Shown here: in pieces, positions 9,377-16,725 of the stretch
Layout: each line of letters opens with the position of its first letter
How positions within the stretch are numbered: the first letter of the stretch is position 1
Source: Archaeoglobus fulgidus DSM 4304
GTDB taxonomy: Archaea > Halobacteriota > Archaeoglobi > Archaeoglobales > Archaeoglobaceae
Direction: 5' to 3'
Assembly (NCBI RefSeq): GCF_000008665.1
Contig: NC_000917.1
Span: 150,001-182,000 of the forward strand
Length of the DNA: 32,000 nucleotides
Notes under the pieces: generated by a model
Told to the model about the DNA's origin: nothing
Database searches by the model: none
The model's input: only the letters and a program-made list of their open reading frames with translations
Program-made: the position numbers and the translations under genes

Positions 9377-10074
9377 GGGCGGTTGTGGTTCTCAGGGATG
9401 AAATAGAGCCAAGCTTTGATGCAGAGGAGATACATCTGCTGGTTCTGGAGAATGGCACAGGGGGAAGGGCGATTTCAGAGAAGGGAGAAATGAGGGCGAT
9501 GGCCAGAGACAAGATTAGGGCGATAAGGAGAGCAGAGAAGCTCTTTGAAAGATTTGAAGAATTCTACAACGTTTCGGGGCTGAGCATAGCCTTCGACAGA
9601 TTTGAGGATGAGCTAATCCACGCTGTTGAGTCGCTGGGGGCAGAGGTTGTTTACTTCTTCACCTCAATGCCCCTACCTGAAAGGCTGCTGTCTGAAAACG
9701 TCACTCTGGTTTTTCCGAGGGGAGGGCTTAGCTTCAACAAGGCTCTTTACGTCCACTCCTCCAGCACACCAAACACTGCATGGCTTGAAAGGGCAAAGGA
9801 GCTTTTCATTCTGGCAATAGTCCAGCCAACGATGCCTCCTGAAGCGTCATCGAGGAAGTTCAGGGAGGAGTTTGAGAGGATGGAGAGGGAAACAGAGGAG
9901 CTCTCATCTCATCTTAAGGCTGAAAGAGCTGTTATCAGGGGAAACATAGTTGAAGATACGCTGAGGTATTCAGAAAAGCACGGTGCAGACACCATATTCC
10001 TCAACAGGGGGCTGGGGAAGGAGAACATTGAAAAGATTGTGGAGAGGGCGAAGGCGAGTGTTGTGGTTGTTTAA
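9373..10074 (+). CDS. Hypothetical protein; the C-terminal half is universal-stress-protein (USP)-like
   Basis: ATG 9373 overlaps the stop of the upstream gene (ATGA). The tracked start at 9331 would lie inside that gene. The C-terminal part (...IVEDTLRYSEKHGADTIFLNRGLGKENIEKIVERAKASVVVV) fits the USP C-terminal pattern. The N-terminal half is only weakly similar. Confidence 0.45.
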   Translation: MRAVVVLRDEIEPSFDAEEIHLLVLENGTGGRAISEKGEMRAMARDKIRAIRRAEKLFERFEEFYNVSGLSIAFDRFEDELIHAVESLGAEVVYFFTSMPLPERLLSENVTLVFPRGGLSFNKALYVHSSSTPNTAWLERAKELFILAIVQPTMPPEASSRKFREEFERMERETEELSSHLKAERAVIRGNIVEDTLRYSEKHGADTIFLNRGLGKENIEKIVERAKASVVVV

Positions 10075-10087
10075 TTTTTATTTTATT

Positions 10088-10993
10088 TCATGCAGTCTTC
10101 GTTTTAACGAGCTTAACCAGCCCCTCAACCTCATCCAAAAACCAGCGCTCGAATTCAGGTCTTTTGACAGCCCTTGCTATATCTTCTTCCAGCTTAAGAA
10201 CTTTTGAGACCTCCAACCATTTTTCCCTTCTGTAAGCTATGATTTCTCCGTCATCAAAGGCTTCAAGAGCTTTTTCGGTCTCCTCCTCACTTCTGAACTT
10301 TAAGCTTGTGTATATGGCCACTCTATCCGAAACGTCACCTCTGAAGACGTAAACGCTGACGATTTTGCCGTTGATATAGCCCATGAAGTGGTCAGTGGCT
10401 TTATCAAACCCCATGGACATGAACTTCTTTTTGACGTGTTCGGGGAGGTCGTCAGTCAAACATCCACAAAGGGCCTTCAGCTTCCCTGTCACAAGCTCCC
10501 TTTCGAATCTTCTGAAGAGTTCAGCTGGAAAGCCCACCACGACCTCCTCGCTGCTGTAACCTCCGAGAACCCTCGCCCCCTCGCACAGAAAGGAGACGTT
10601 GGGCTCCCCCTCTTTGATAACATCCGCCGTTGCCTCACCGCAAACCGCTCTGCTACCGCTAAACCTTGCTACCAGTAAATCTCCAAAAACCTGCCTGAAA
10701 GCTCTTGAAATCTCCATCACCTTTTCGGGGGTAGCTATGACCAGCACGACATCGTAATCTCCCTTTTCATTGTAGGGCTCGATGAGGATGCCCTGAGCCT
10801 CAAATCCCTTCAGAGGCTCAAGAAAAAGGGAAACCTCTGCTCCAGCACAGTTGAAGGCCTTTGCAATTACCCTCCTGTTTGTCGCCTCTCTCACTGCGGA
10901 GCAGAACCTGTCCATGACTTCTCCATCCTCGGTTTCAAGCAGCTTCACTCCAACAGGGCTGTATCTGAGCTGAAAATACCTCCTGAAGCTCAA
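10088..10993 (-). CDS. DUF169-like protein with ~80-aa C-terminal extension
   Basis: 301 aa. The N-terminal ~215 aa (YSPVGVKLL..., Cys-containing core) resemble DUF169/COG2043 proteins from memory. The TTG start overlaps the SepCysS stop (TTGA) and is preceded by GGAGGTGGA. Confidence 0.5.
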   Translation of the reverse strand: MSFRRYFQLRYSPVGVKLLETEDGEVMDRFCSAVREATNRRVIAKAFNCAGAEVSLFLEPLKGFEAQGILIEPYNEKGDYDVVLVIATPEKVMEISRAFRQVFGDLLVARFSGSRAVCGEATADVIKEGEPNVSFLCEGARVLGGYSSEEVVVGFPAELFRRFERELVTGKLKALCGCLTDDLPEHVKKKFMSMGFDKATDHFMGYINGKIVSVYVFRGDVSDRVAIYTSLKFRSEEETEKALEAFDDGEIIAYRREKWLEVSKVLKLEEDIARAVKRPEFERWFLDEVEGLVKLVKTKTA

Positions 10994-12162
10994 TCTTCCA
11001 CCTCCAGGCCATATTTCTCGGCAATCTCCTTGAAGGCCTCAGCAACCCTCTCAACCTCCTCCCAGCTCAGGCCGTAAACGTTGAGCTTAACGTTCCTCGT
11101 CATTCCCGGCTGCACACCAAAAATTCCCCTCTCCTTAAGCTCGTGATAGAGGAAGTATCCCTTCCGCCTGTGCTTTTTAGCTATTAAGTTAAAGGACGGA
11201 GTTTCGAAGTTCATGAGCGTGTGGTTCTTCGGCCTCTCCCCCAGAAGCATAACACCCTCAATCTTTTCCATCTCCTCAACAAACCACCTTGCCTTCTCAA
11301 CCTCCTCCTTCCATCTCTTCACCCTCTCCTTTACTACTGGAAAGGAGGCCATAAGGGTTACAAGGGGAAGGCCGTAAACTGGAGAGCAGCCGAAAAGGGC
11401 AACCTCCTTCTTGGTGAAAGCCCTGCCGCTCCAGTTTCCCCTCACTTCAGAAACCCTGAAAACCCTTTCAGCGAACTCAAAAGTTGTTGCGAGAATTCCG
11501 ATGGGTGCTGTTGCGGCCCAGCTTTTGTGCCCGCTTGCAACAATAAAGTCGCATCCCGTTTCCCTTCCACTCACCTCCATAATCCCTGAGGTGTAGGCTG
11601 TGTTCAAAATAAGCGGAATCCCGTAATCCCTGCATATTTCCGCAACCTTCTTAGCATCTGCCAGATTCCCGTATTTGTAGTCGGCGTGGGTTAGCAGTGC
11701 AACGGCGGGATAATCTCCGGTCTCCTCCTTAACCTTCTCGAAAACATCCGTATAACTCTCAGCCTCTATCCTGAACTCAGGATAGCCCGTGTTGGGAACC
11801 TCGTAAACTCTCAGGCCATTGAGTTCTGCTGCAATGTAGGTAGTGTAGTGGGCGAGGGAGTCCACCACCAAAGCCCCCTTAAACCCGCTCATCGCCACGA
11901 ACTTCGCATGCCTCGCCCCAGCGGTGAACCTCACTTCATCCATACCGAGAAACTCCGCAACCTCTTCCTTGAACCTCTTGACTGGCGGTTTGTCCAGCAG
12001 GTCAACTCTGCCCTCAAGGCAGATATCACACATGCTGTAGCCATCCCCCCACTCTAAAAGCACCTTCCTCGCCTCTTCAGTCAGAATTCCTCCTCTTTGA
12101 ATGGGATGAACGTTAATCATTCCCTTTGATGGTCTCAGCAGTTCCATAGGCTTACTTAACAT
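10990..12162 (-). CDS. pscS: O-phosphoseryl-tRNA:Cys-tRNA synthase (SepCysS) paralog, PLP-dependent
   Basis: Strong resemblance to archaeal SepCysS. Shared motifs include LLEWGDGYSMCDIC (two Cys), GARHAKF, AHYTTY, the PLP-Lys motif ASGHKSWAA, the third Cys in LFGCS, and MASFPVVKERVKRWKEEVEKARWF. The start may instead be the internal ATG at 12147 (MELLRPSKGMINVHP), which gives an N-terminal length closer to the canonical enzyme. Confidence 0.85.
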   Translation of the reverse strand: MLSKPMELLRPSKGMINVHPIQRGGILTEEARKVLLEWGDGYSMCDICLEGRVDLLDKPPVKRFKEEVAEFLGMDEVRFTAGARHAKFVAMSGFKGALVVDSLAHYTTYIAAELNGLRVYEVPNTGYPEFRIEAESYTDVFEKVKEETGDYPAVALLTHADYKYGNLADAKKVAEICRDYGIPLILNTAYTSGIMEVSGRETGCDFIVASGHKSWAATAPIGILATTFEFAERVFRVSEVRGNWSGRAFTKKEVALFGCSPVYGLPLVTLMASFPVVKERVKRWKEEVEKARWFVEEMEKIEGVMLLGERPKNHTLMNFETPSFNLIAKKHRRKGYFLYHELKERGIFGVQPGMTRNVKLNVYGLSWEEVERVAEAFKEIAEKYGLEVED

Positions 12163-12170
12163 TGTTAAGT
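12154..12170. promoter_or_regulatory. Perfect 17-bp palindrome ACTTAACAtTGTTAAGT at the 5' end of the SepCysS paralog
   Basis: The palindrome centre coincides with the first ATG (12162) and lies 15 nt upstream of the alternative ATG (12147). Confidence 0.6.
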
Positions 12171-12173
12171 TTT

Positions 12174-13214
12174 TTAAGTTTTATCCCGAAGCAGTTTCCT
12201 TCCGATGTTCAGACAGTCCAAGTAAAAGTTTCCTGAGGGGGAAAATTCGAAATCAATTTCGGAGCACATGCAGACGCACGCCGGATTCTTTGTAAACCTG
12301 AACTCCTCAAGCAGGTTGAAATCCGGCATTGGAATGACAAGGGGATAGAAGCCAATAACTTCCTTGCACCTCCTGAAACCCTCGGCAGCAGGGATATAAA
12401 TTGCCTCATCTGCGAGCTCAAAGACCGCCTCAATCTGGGCGTAGGAGGCGAAAATTCCCGGGATGAAGAGGTAAAGCTGGCTGTAGTATGTTTTTGCTGA
12501 AGGAAAAACTTTCTTCTCTGCGCTGAGGTCTTCCAGCTCTTTAAAGCTGATTTGGTGGGAGTTGCGTTTGTAGGTCTCTCCGTCGTATCCAAGCTTTTCC
12601 CTTAGCAGCCTGCCATTCTTCTCTCTCAGAACAAAGAGGGTGTCGAAGATTCTGCCGAAGCTCTCACGATTTAGGTGCAAAAGGGAGTGATGAACGAAGT
12701 CGGCGAGAAAATCGGAAATATCTGTCGTGCGGTTTTTTATCCCTGACCTTTCGGCGATACTGGCGTGGAGATTGAAGGCTGGCTCGTCGCTGCCACAAAG
12801 CTTTATGTCCGCAATGCACTGCCTTTCGACGAAGTCTTCAGCAACTAAGTACTTTCTCACCTCCCATCCCCTTTTCCTTCTTGCAAACTTTGGCATCACA
12901 AGGCTGTACTTGAATGGATTTCTGGTCGTGAAGCCGTCACACAGATACGTGAGGTCAAAACGATCAAGGTCGTATGATCTGCAGAGAACCTCGGCAACGA
13001 TATTTTCGAAGTGTAAGCCAAAAAACTGCCTCCACATACCCCCTCCACTGAAATCAAAGCTGTAATCGTCAACGTCAAAGCCAAAGGTTTTCAAAAAATA
13101 GCTCCGCGCCCTGTAACCACACCTCTCCCTCGCTCTGTACTCCTTCCTCAGGTCATCATAGCTGTTAACGTAGGGCAGAGAAAAATCAAACGAAGATGAA
13201 GTTGTCACCGCCAA
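12174..13214 (-). CDS. Hypothetical 346-aa protein, no confident family assignment
   Basis: A long ORF co-oriented with the sulfur cluster. Its start overlaps the upstream gene by 29 nt. It has a weak PD-(D/E)xK-like pattern ([14 protein letters not shown]) and a C-terminal Cys cluster (CVCMC...C). Confidence 0.5.
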
Positions 13215-13575
13215 GAACCTCTGTCAGCCCGCCGACCTTGTCCACCCATTCCGGTAGCTCATCCTCTCTGAGACCGAAAAGCTCCATGCTGCCGGAGCAC
13301 GCAATGATTCGCATCCGTCCGAACGACTTTCCGAGATTCACAAGTTGCTCCAGCTCTCTCAAAATACCTCTTTTGATGCCGCTCTCAATTGCCTGTCTTT
13401 CCTCATCTCCATCGAAAACCTTCTCTCCTCTGCATATATTTCTCAGAGCCCAGTAGGTGAGAAAAACCTGCACTTCCTCGCCCATTGATGCGAGAACCGA
13501 TGCTATGCTGAATGCATGGTAAATTCTGTCCCACTGTCCGCTGTGGACTATGATTCCGTTAATTCTGTCAGACAT
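13186..13575 (-). CDS. DsrE/DsrF-like sulfur-relay family protein (COG2210-type)
   Basis: [25 protein letters not shown]...[12 protein letters not shown] shows a DsrE-fold pattern with a conserved Cys. I prefer ATG 13575 over the tracked GTG 13584 because a TATA-like box and the palindrome lie directly upstream. Confidence 0.7.
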
Positions 13576-13576
13576 A

Positions 13577-13591
13577 ATGAACACTGTTAAT
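13577..13591. promoter_or_regulatory. Degenerate copy of the same palindrome (atGAACAcTGTTAAt), 2-16 nt upstream of the dsrE-like ATG at 13575
   Basis: The AACAnTGTT core is conserved, and 11 of 14 arm positions match the other two sites. The position relative to the ATG and a TATA-like A/T box is the same as at 16363. Confidence 0.45.
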
Positions 13592-13609
13592 TTCTGAATA
13601 AAAGCTTTA

Positions 13610-13798
13610 TCAGAGCAACCTTCTCGTTCCGCTCTTCAACTGCTCCTGCCTTCTCATCCACCCCGCCTTCCACTTCTGGTAGCAGCCTCTGCTGCAGAAG
13701 GTTACAGGGTGGTCAACGCAGCAGGTTTTGACAACAATCGGGTCCCTTGCGATTTTACCGCAGACATCACAGCGATGCTTTGCCGTACTCTTGTCCAG
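13610..13798 (-). CDS. TRASH / zf-FCS-type metal-binding domain with no canonical start codon; probably the C-terminal part of the upstream HTH protein
   Basis: This is not in the ORF track. The minus-strand frame reads ...FELDKSTAKHRCDVCGKIARDPIVVKTCCVDHPVTFCSRGCYQKWKAGWMRRQEQLKSGTRRLL and stops at 13610-13612. The pattern CxxC-x21-CxxxC matches the TRASH signature C-X2-C-X19-22-C-X3-C. The frame is open back to 13900 but has no ATG, GTG or TTG ahead of the domain. Confidence 0.55.
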   Translation of the reverse strand: MDKSTAKHRCDVCGKIARDPIVVKTCCVDHPVTFCSRGCYQKWKAGWMRRQEQLKSGTRRLL

Positions 13799-13799
13799 C

Positions 13800-14138
13800 T
13801 CAAACGGAATACATCTCTTCCTCGATGAGCCCCTCCTCTCTGAGAATCTCGCAAACTCTGCAGAGGTAATCCACCTCGTCTTCGATGGTAATTCTTCCTG
13901 CTACGAGGTCATCCACGAGCTCTCTTACAATTCTCTTCGCCCCATCGGATTTCTTTATGATGTCCAGCCCCCTCTGTCCCCTTTTGCTCTTGAGGTACTG
14001 CGAAACTGCTGCCTGTGTCAACCCGAGCAAATCTGCAACATCCTTTACCCTGTAACCTCTATCTATTAGCTCAAGCGCAACCTTCGCCCTCAGGGCGGGG
14101 AGTACGTATTTCACCATCATCACGCAGTGCGGTTTCAT
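13800..14138 (-). CDS. Small HTH transcriptional regulator (COG2522-like)
   Basis: 112 aa with a helix-turn-helix segment (VKDVADLLGLTQAAVSQYLKSKRG). The start lies 3 nt after the iscU stop. It is embedded in the sulfur/Fe-S operon. Confidence 0.7.
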   Translation of the reverse strand: MKPHCVMMVKYVLPALRAKVALELIDRGYRVKDVADLLGLTQAAVSQYLKSKRGQRGLDIIKKSDGAKRIVRELVDDLVAGRITIEDEVDYLCRVCEILREEGLIEEEMYSV

Positions 14139-14141
14139 GGC

Positions 14142-14603
14142 TCAAGCCTCACAATACTCTCCGTGGTCGTCCATCTCACCCTTCTCCATCTTCTCAAGTT
14201 CCTTTTCCAGACCTAACTCTTTTATCTTATCAATTTTTCCATTTTTTCTAAAGTAGTCAACTATTGCCCTCCTCAGCGCATCTGCGGCCAAGTTGGAGCA
14301 GTGCATTTTCTGCTTCGGCAAACCGCCAAGGGCTTCGGCAACAGCATCTCTTGTAATTTTCAGAGCTTCCTCTATAGTTTTCCCCTTCGCCATCTCAGTG
14401 GCCATGCTGCTGGTTGCAATGGCAGCAGCGCAGCCAAAGGTCTGGAACTTGATATCCTCAATTCTGTTGTCCTTCACTTTAATGTAAATGGTCATCAAAT
14501 CCCCGCAAACTGGATTGCCGACAGTTCCTACACCATCAGCATCCTCAATTTTTCCAACATTCCTCGGATTCTGGAAGTGGTCGAAAACCTTATCACTATA
14601 CAT
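14142..14603 (-). CDS. iscU: IscU/NifU-type Fe-S cluster scaffold with acidic/Lys-rich C-terminal tail
   Basis: MYSDKVFDHFQNPRNVG...GNPVCGDLM...FGCAAAIATSS...MHCSNLA carries the three scaffold Cys. ATG 14603 is preceded by GGAGGTGA. The tracked start at 14612 is a GTG. Confidence 0.9.
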   Translation of the reverse strand: MYSDKVFDHFQNPRNVGKIEDADGVGTVGNPVCGDLMTIYIKVKDNRIEDIKFQTFGCAAAIATSSMATEMAKGKTIEEALKITRDAVAEALGGLPKQKMHCSNLAADALRRAIVDYFRKNGKIDKIKELGLEKELEKMEKGEMDDHGEYCEA

Positions 14604-14608
14604 AGCCC

Positions 14609-15757
14609 TCACCTCCTGTAGAGAGGAGACATGCTCCTCAGCCTCTCAATCACGCCCGGCAGCACCTCAAGCAGCCTGTCAACATCTTCGTCAGTGTTGT
14701 ATCTGCCCAGCGTCAAAAGCAGAGTGCCGTGCGCCTCCTCATGCTTCAGCCCACACGCCATGAGAACATGGCTTGGCTGCAAGGTTTTTGAGCTGCACGC
14801 CGAGCCGGTTGAAGCCTGAATTCCCGCCATGTCAAGGCTCAAAACGATTGACTCTCCCTCAATGTAGCTGAATCTCACGTTTACATTGTTGGGCAGCCTT
14901 TTTTCAGGATGGCCGTTTAGGTAGCTTTCCTCAATTTTCAGAACGTTATCGATTATCCTATCTCTCAACCTTCTGAGCCTCCCAGCCTCCTCTCCCCACT
15001 CCTTTGCGGTGATTTCAGCGGCTTTACCAAATCCAACTATCGCAGGAACGTTTTCACTACCACTCCTGAGCCCTTTTTCCTGCCCACCTCCGAGAATTAT
15101 CGGCTGCAACCTCACTCCCTGCCTTACCCAAAGCGCCCCCACTCCTTTGGGGCCGTAAATGTCGTTGCTTGAAATAGTCAGCATATCAGCACCGATCTTC
15201 TCAACATCCACCTCAATTTGCCCGAGAGAGGCTGTAGCATCAACGTGCAGAGCTGCTCTACCGTTAATTATTTCTGAAATCTCCTTTATGGGCTGAATCG
15301 TTCCAATTTCGTTGTTTGCATGCTGAACAGAAACAAGAATCGTGTCTTCCCTGATTTTCTCCTCAATAAATTCAAGGTCGACGGTGCCGTATTTGTCCAC
15401 TGGGATGAATTCAACCTCAAATCCCTGCTTCTGAAGATACTTTGCCGGATTTATGACGGACATGTGCTCAATTGATGAAACGAGAACGTGCTTACCCTTT
15501 CTGGCGTTTCTCATCGCATATCCAATGAGAGCGAGGTTGTTGGACTCCGTGGCACCTGAGGTGAAAACGATGTCCCCGCCACCACCATTTATCAGCTCCG
15601 AAATCTTCCCCCTTGCCTCCTCAATCACCTCTCTTGCTTTAAAGCCGTAGGAGTGGACTGAGGAAGGATTTCCGAAGTGCTCGGTCATGTAGGGAAGCAT
15701 TGCTTCAACAACCCTCTCATCCACAGGCTTTGTGGAGGCGTAGTCAAAGTAGGGCAT
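14609..15757 (-). CDS. iscS: IscS/NifS-like class V aminotransferase-fold protein in which the PLP-binding Lys is replaced by Asp
   Basis: From [16 protein letters not shown]... (ATG 15757, preceded by GAGGTGGTGG) the protein is 382 aa. The Cys loop GSACSS is present. The canonical S-x-H-K-x-x-G-P-K-G motif reads [10 protein letters not shown]. The tracked upstream start (15823) would overlap the preceding gene. Confidence 0.9.
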   Translation of the reverse strand: MPYFDYASTKPVDERVVEAMLPYMTEHFGNPSSVHSYGFKAREVIEEARGKISELINGGGGDIVFTSGATESNNLALIGYAMRNARKGKHVLVSSIEHMSVINPAKYLQKQGFEVEFIPVDKYGTVDLEFIEEKIREDTILVSVQHANNEIGTIQPIKEISEIINGRAALHVDATASLGQIEVDVEKIGADMLTISSNDIYGPKGVGALWVRQGVRLQPIILGGGQEKGLRSGSENVPAIVGFGKAAEITAKEWGEEAGRLRRLRDRIIDNVLKIEESYLNGHPEKRLPNNVNVRFSYIEGESIVLSLDMAGIQASTGSACSSKTLQPSHVLMACGLKHEEAHGTLLLTLGRYNTDEDVDRLLEVLPGVIERLRSMSPLYRR

Positions 15758-15767
15758 TTCCACCACC

Positions 15768-16127
15768 TCAGAAATAGAGCACACCATCCGCCTCAAGAAC
15801 GAGCTGGTTGAGCGTTGCAGCACCTACAATCTTGACACCATCAACAATCTCTCCCTTATCAATCCCAAGGAGTTCGGAGCTTCTGTCGCAAACCATCATC
15901 TCAACCCCGCTTTCCCTTGCCTGTTTCATTAACTCACTCAGCGGCGGAAAGTTTCCCATCTTAATTTTCTCAGCATTATCCTTTTTAACAACTGTTACAC
16001 CCTTGATAACAAAGTAAATGATTGCATCATCTCCCATGGCCTTGGCGGTCATTGCGAGGACGAAGGGAGCGTAGAGCCTTTCGGGAGTGTCGATACCGCT
16101 CGTCTGAACGTAAAGCAGCTTCGCCAT
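15768..16127 (-). CDS. DsrE-family sulfur-relay protein
   Basis: 119 aa. [25 protein letters not shown]...MMVCDRS fits the DsrE fold. GGAGGTGA lies upstream, and the gene abuts the tusA-like stop. Confidence 0.75.
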   Translation of the reverse strand: MAKLLYVQTSGIDTPERLYAPFVLAMTAKAMGDDAIIYFVIKGVTVVKKDNAEKIKMGNFPPLSELMKQARESGVEMMVCDRSSELLGIDKGEIVDGVKIVGAATLNQLVLEADGVLYF

Positions 16128-16361
16128 CTACCTCACCTCCTTTACAATTTTTACAACAAACCTCAAAACCCCATCCTCAAGCTTTTCAAACTCGACAAGC
16201 TCCTGACCGAGCTTTTTAACCAAAACTGGGATGTCCGATTCTGCAGCAGGGTCGTCTGCAAGAATTTCTATAATTTCCCCAACCTCTGACTCTTCCATTG
16301 CCTTCCTCGCCCTGAATACGGGTTCGGGGCAGTAGAGGCCGATACAGTCAACCTGTTTCAT
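16128..16361 (-). CDS. tusA: TusA/SirA-like sulfur carrier
   Basis: 77 aa with the diagnostic CPxP motif (DCIGLYCPEPV). It is the first gene of the minus-strand cluster. Confidence 0.8.
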   Translation of the reverse strand: MKQVDCIGLYCPEPVFRARKAMEESEVGEIIEILADDPAAESDIPVLVKKLGQELVEFEKLEDGVLRFVVKIVKEVR

Positions 16362-16362
16362 A

Positions 16363-16379
16363 ACTTAACATTGTTAAGG
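16363..16379. promoter_or_regulatory. Palindromic operator candidate ACTTAACAtTGTTAAGg, between a TATA-like box (16384-16393) and the tusA ATG
   Basis: A perfect 15-bp palindrome, CTTAACA-T-TGTTAAG. The identical 16-mer recurs at 12154-12169. Confidence 0.6.
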
Positions 16380-16725
16380 TAACTATTTAAAAGTTTCGGG
16401 AAAAAAAATAGTTTCCACATAGGGAGTCAAAATGAAAAATAATTACCTGCCACGAGAGGATGATCACCAAAGCAAGCCCTTTAATAAATCCAGGTAACTC
16501 GGCAGGCTGGATGAAAATGTTGATAAAGTAGGATTTCAGATTTTAGGACAATACCTTCTTCTGGGAAGCGTATTTAAGACAATAGTTGCAGATAAAACGA
16601 TTGATTTTGGAGATGAAACGTATCGTCAGCTTATGAAACGTTCTGAACCATCTGGCAGCTTCAATTTCAGACGTTTTAACGGGCAAGACCTATTGCCTTT
16701 CAGGTTAAAGCAGTTATGAGGTGAA

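Noticed and set aside
12209-12592. 127-aa alternative-frame ORF on the minus strand, plus 12727..13065 (+) and 12896..13084 (-)
   Set aside because: They are nested within the 346-aa ORF and have Arg/Ser/Thr-rich composition typical of out-of-frame translation.
15985-15998. TTAACAacTGTTAC inside the dsrE-family coding region, plus isolated TGTTAAG/TTAACA half-sites (for example 8014-8020 and 18415-18421)
   Set aside because: The spacer length is different (2 nt), one arm is imperfect and the site is intragenic. Single 6-7-mers are expected several times by chance in 32 kb. I did not count these as operator sites.
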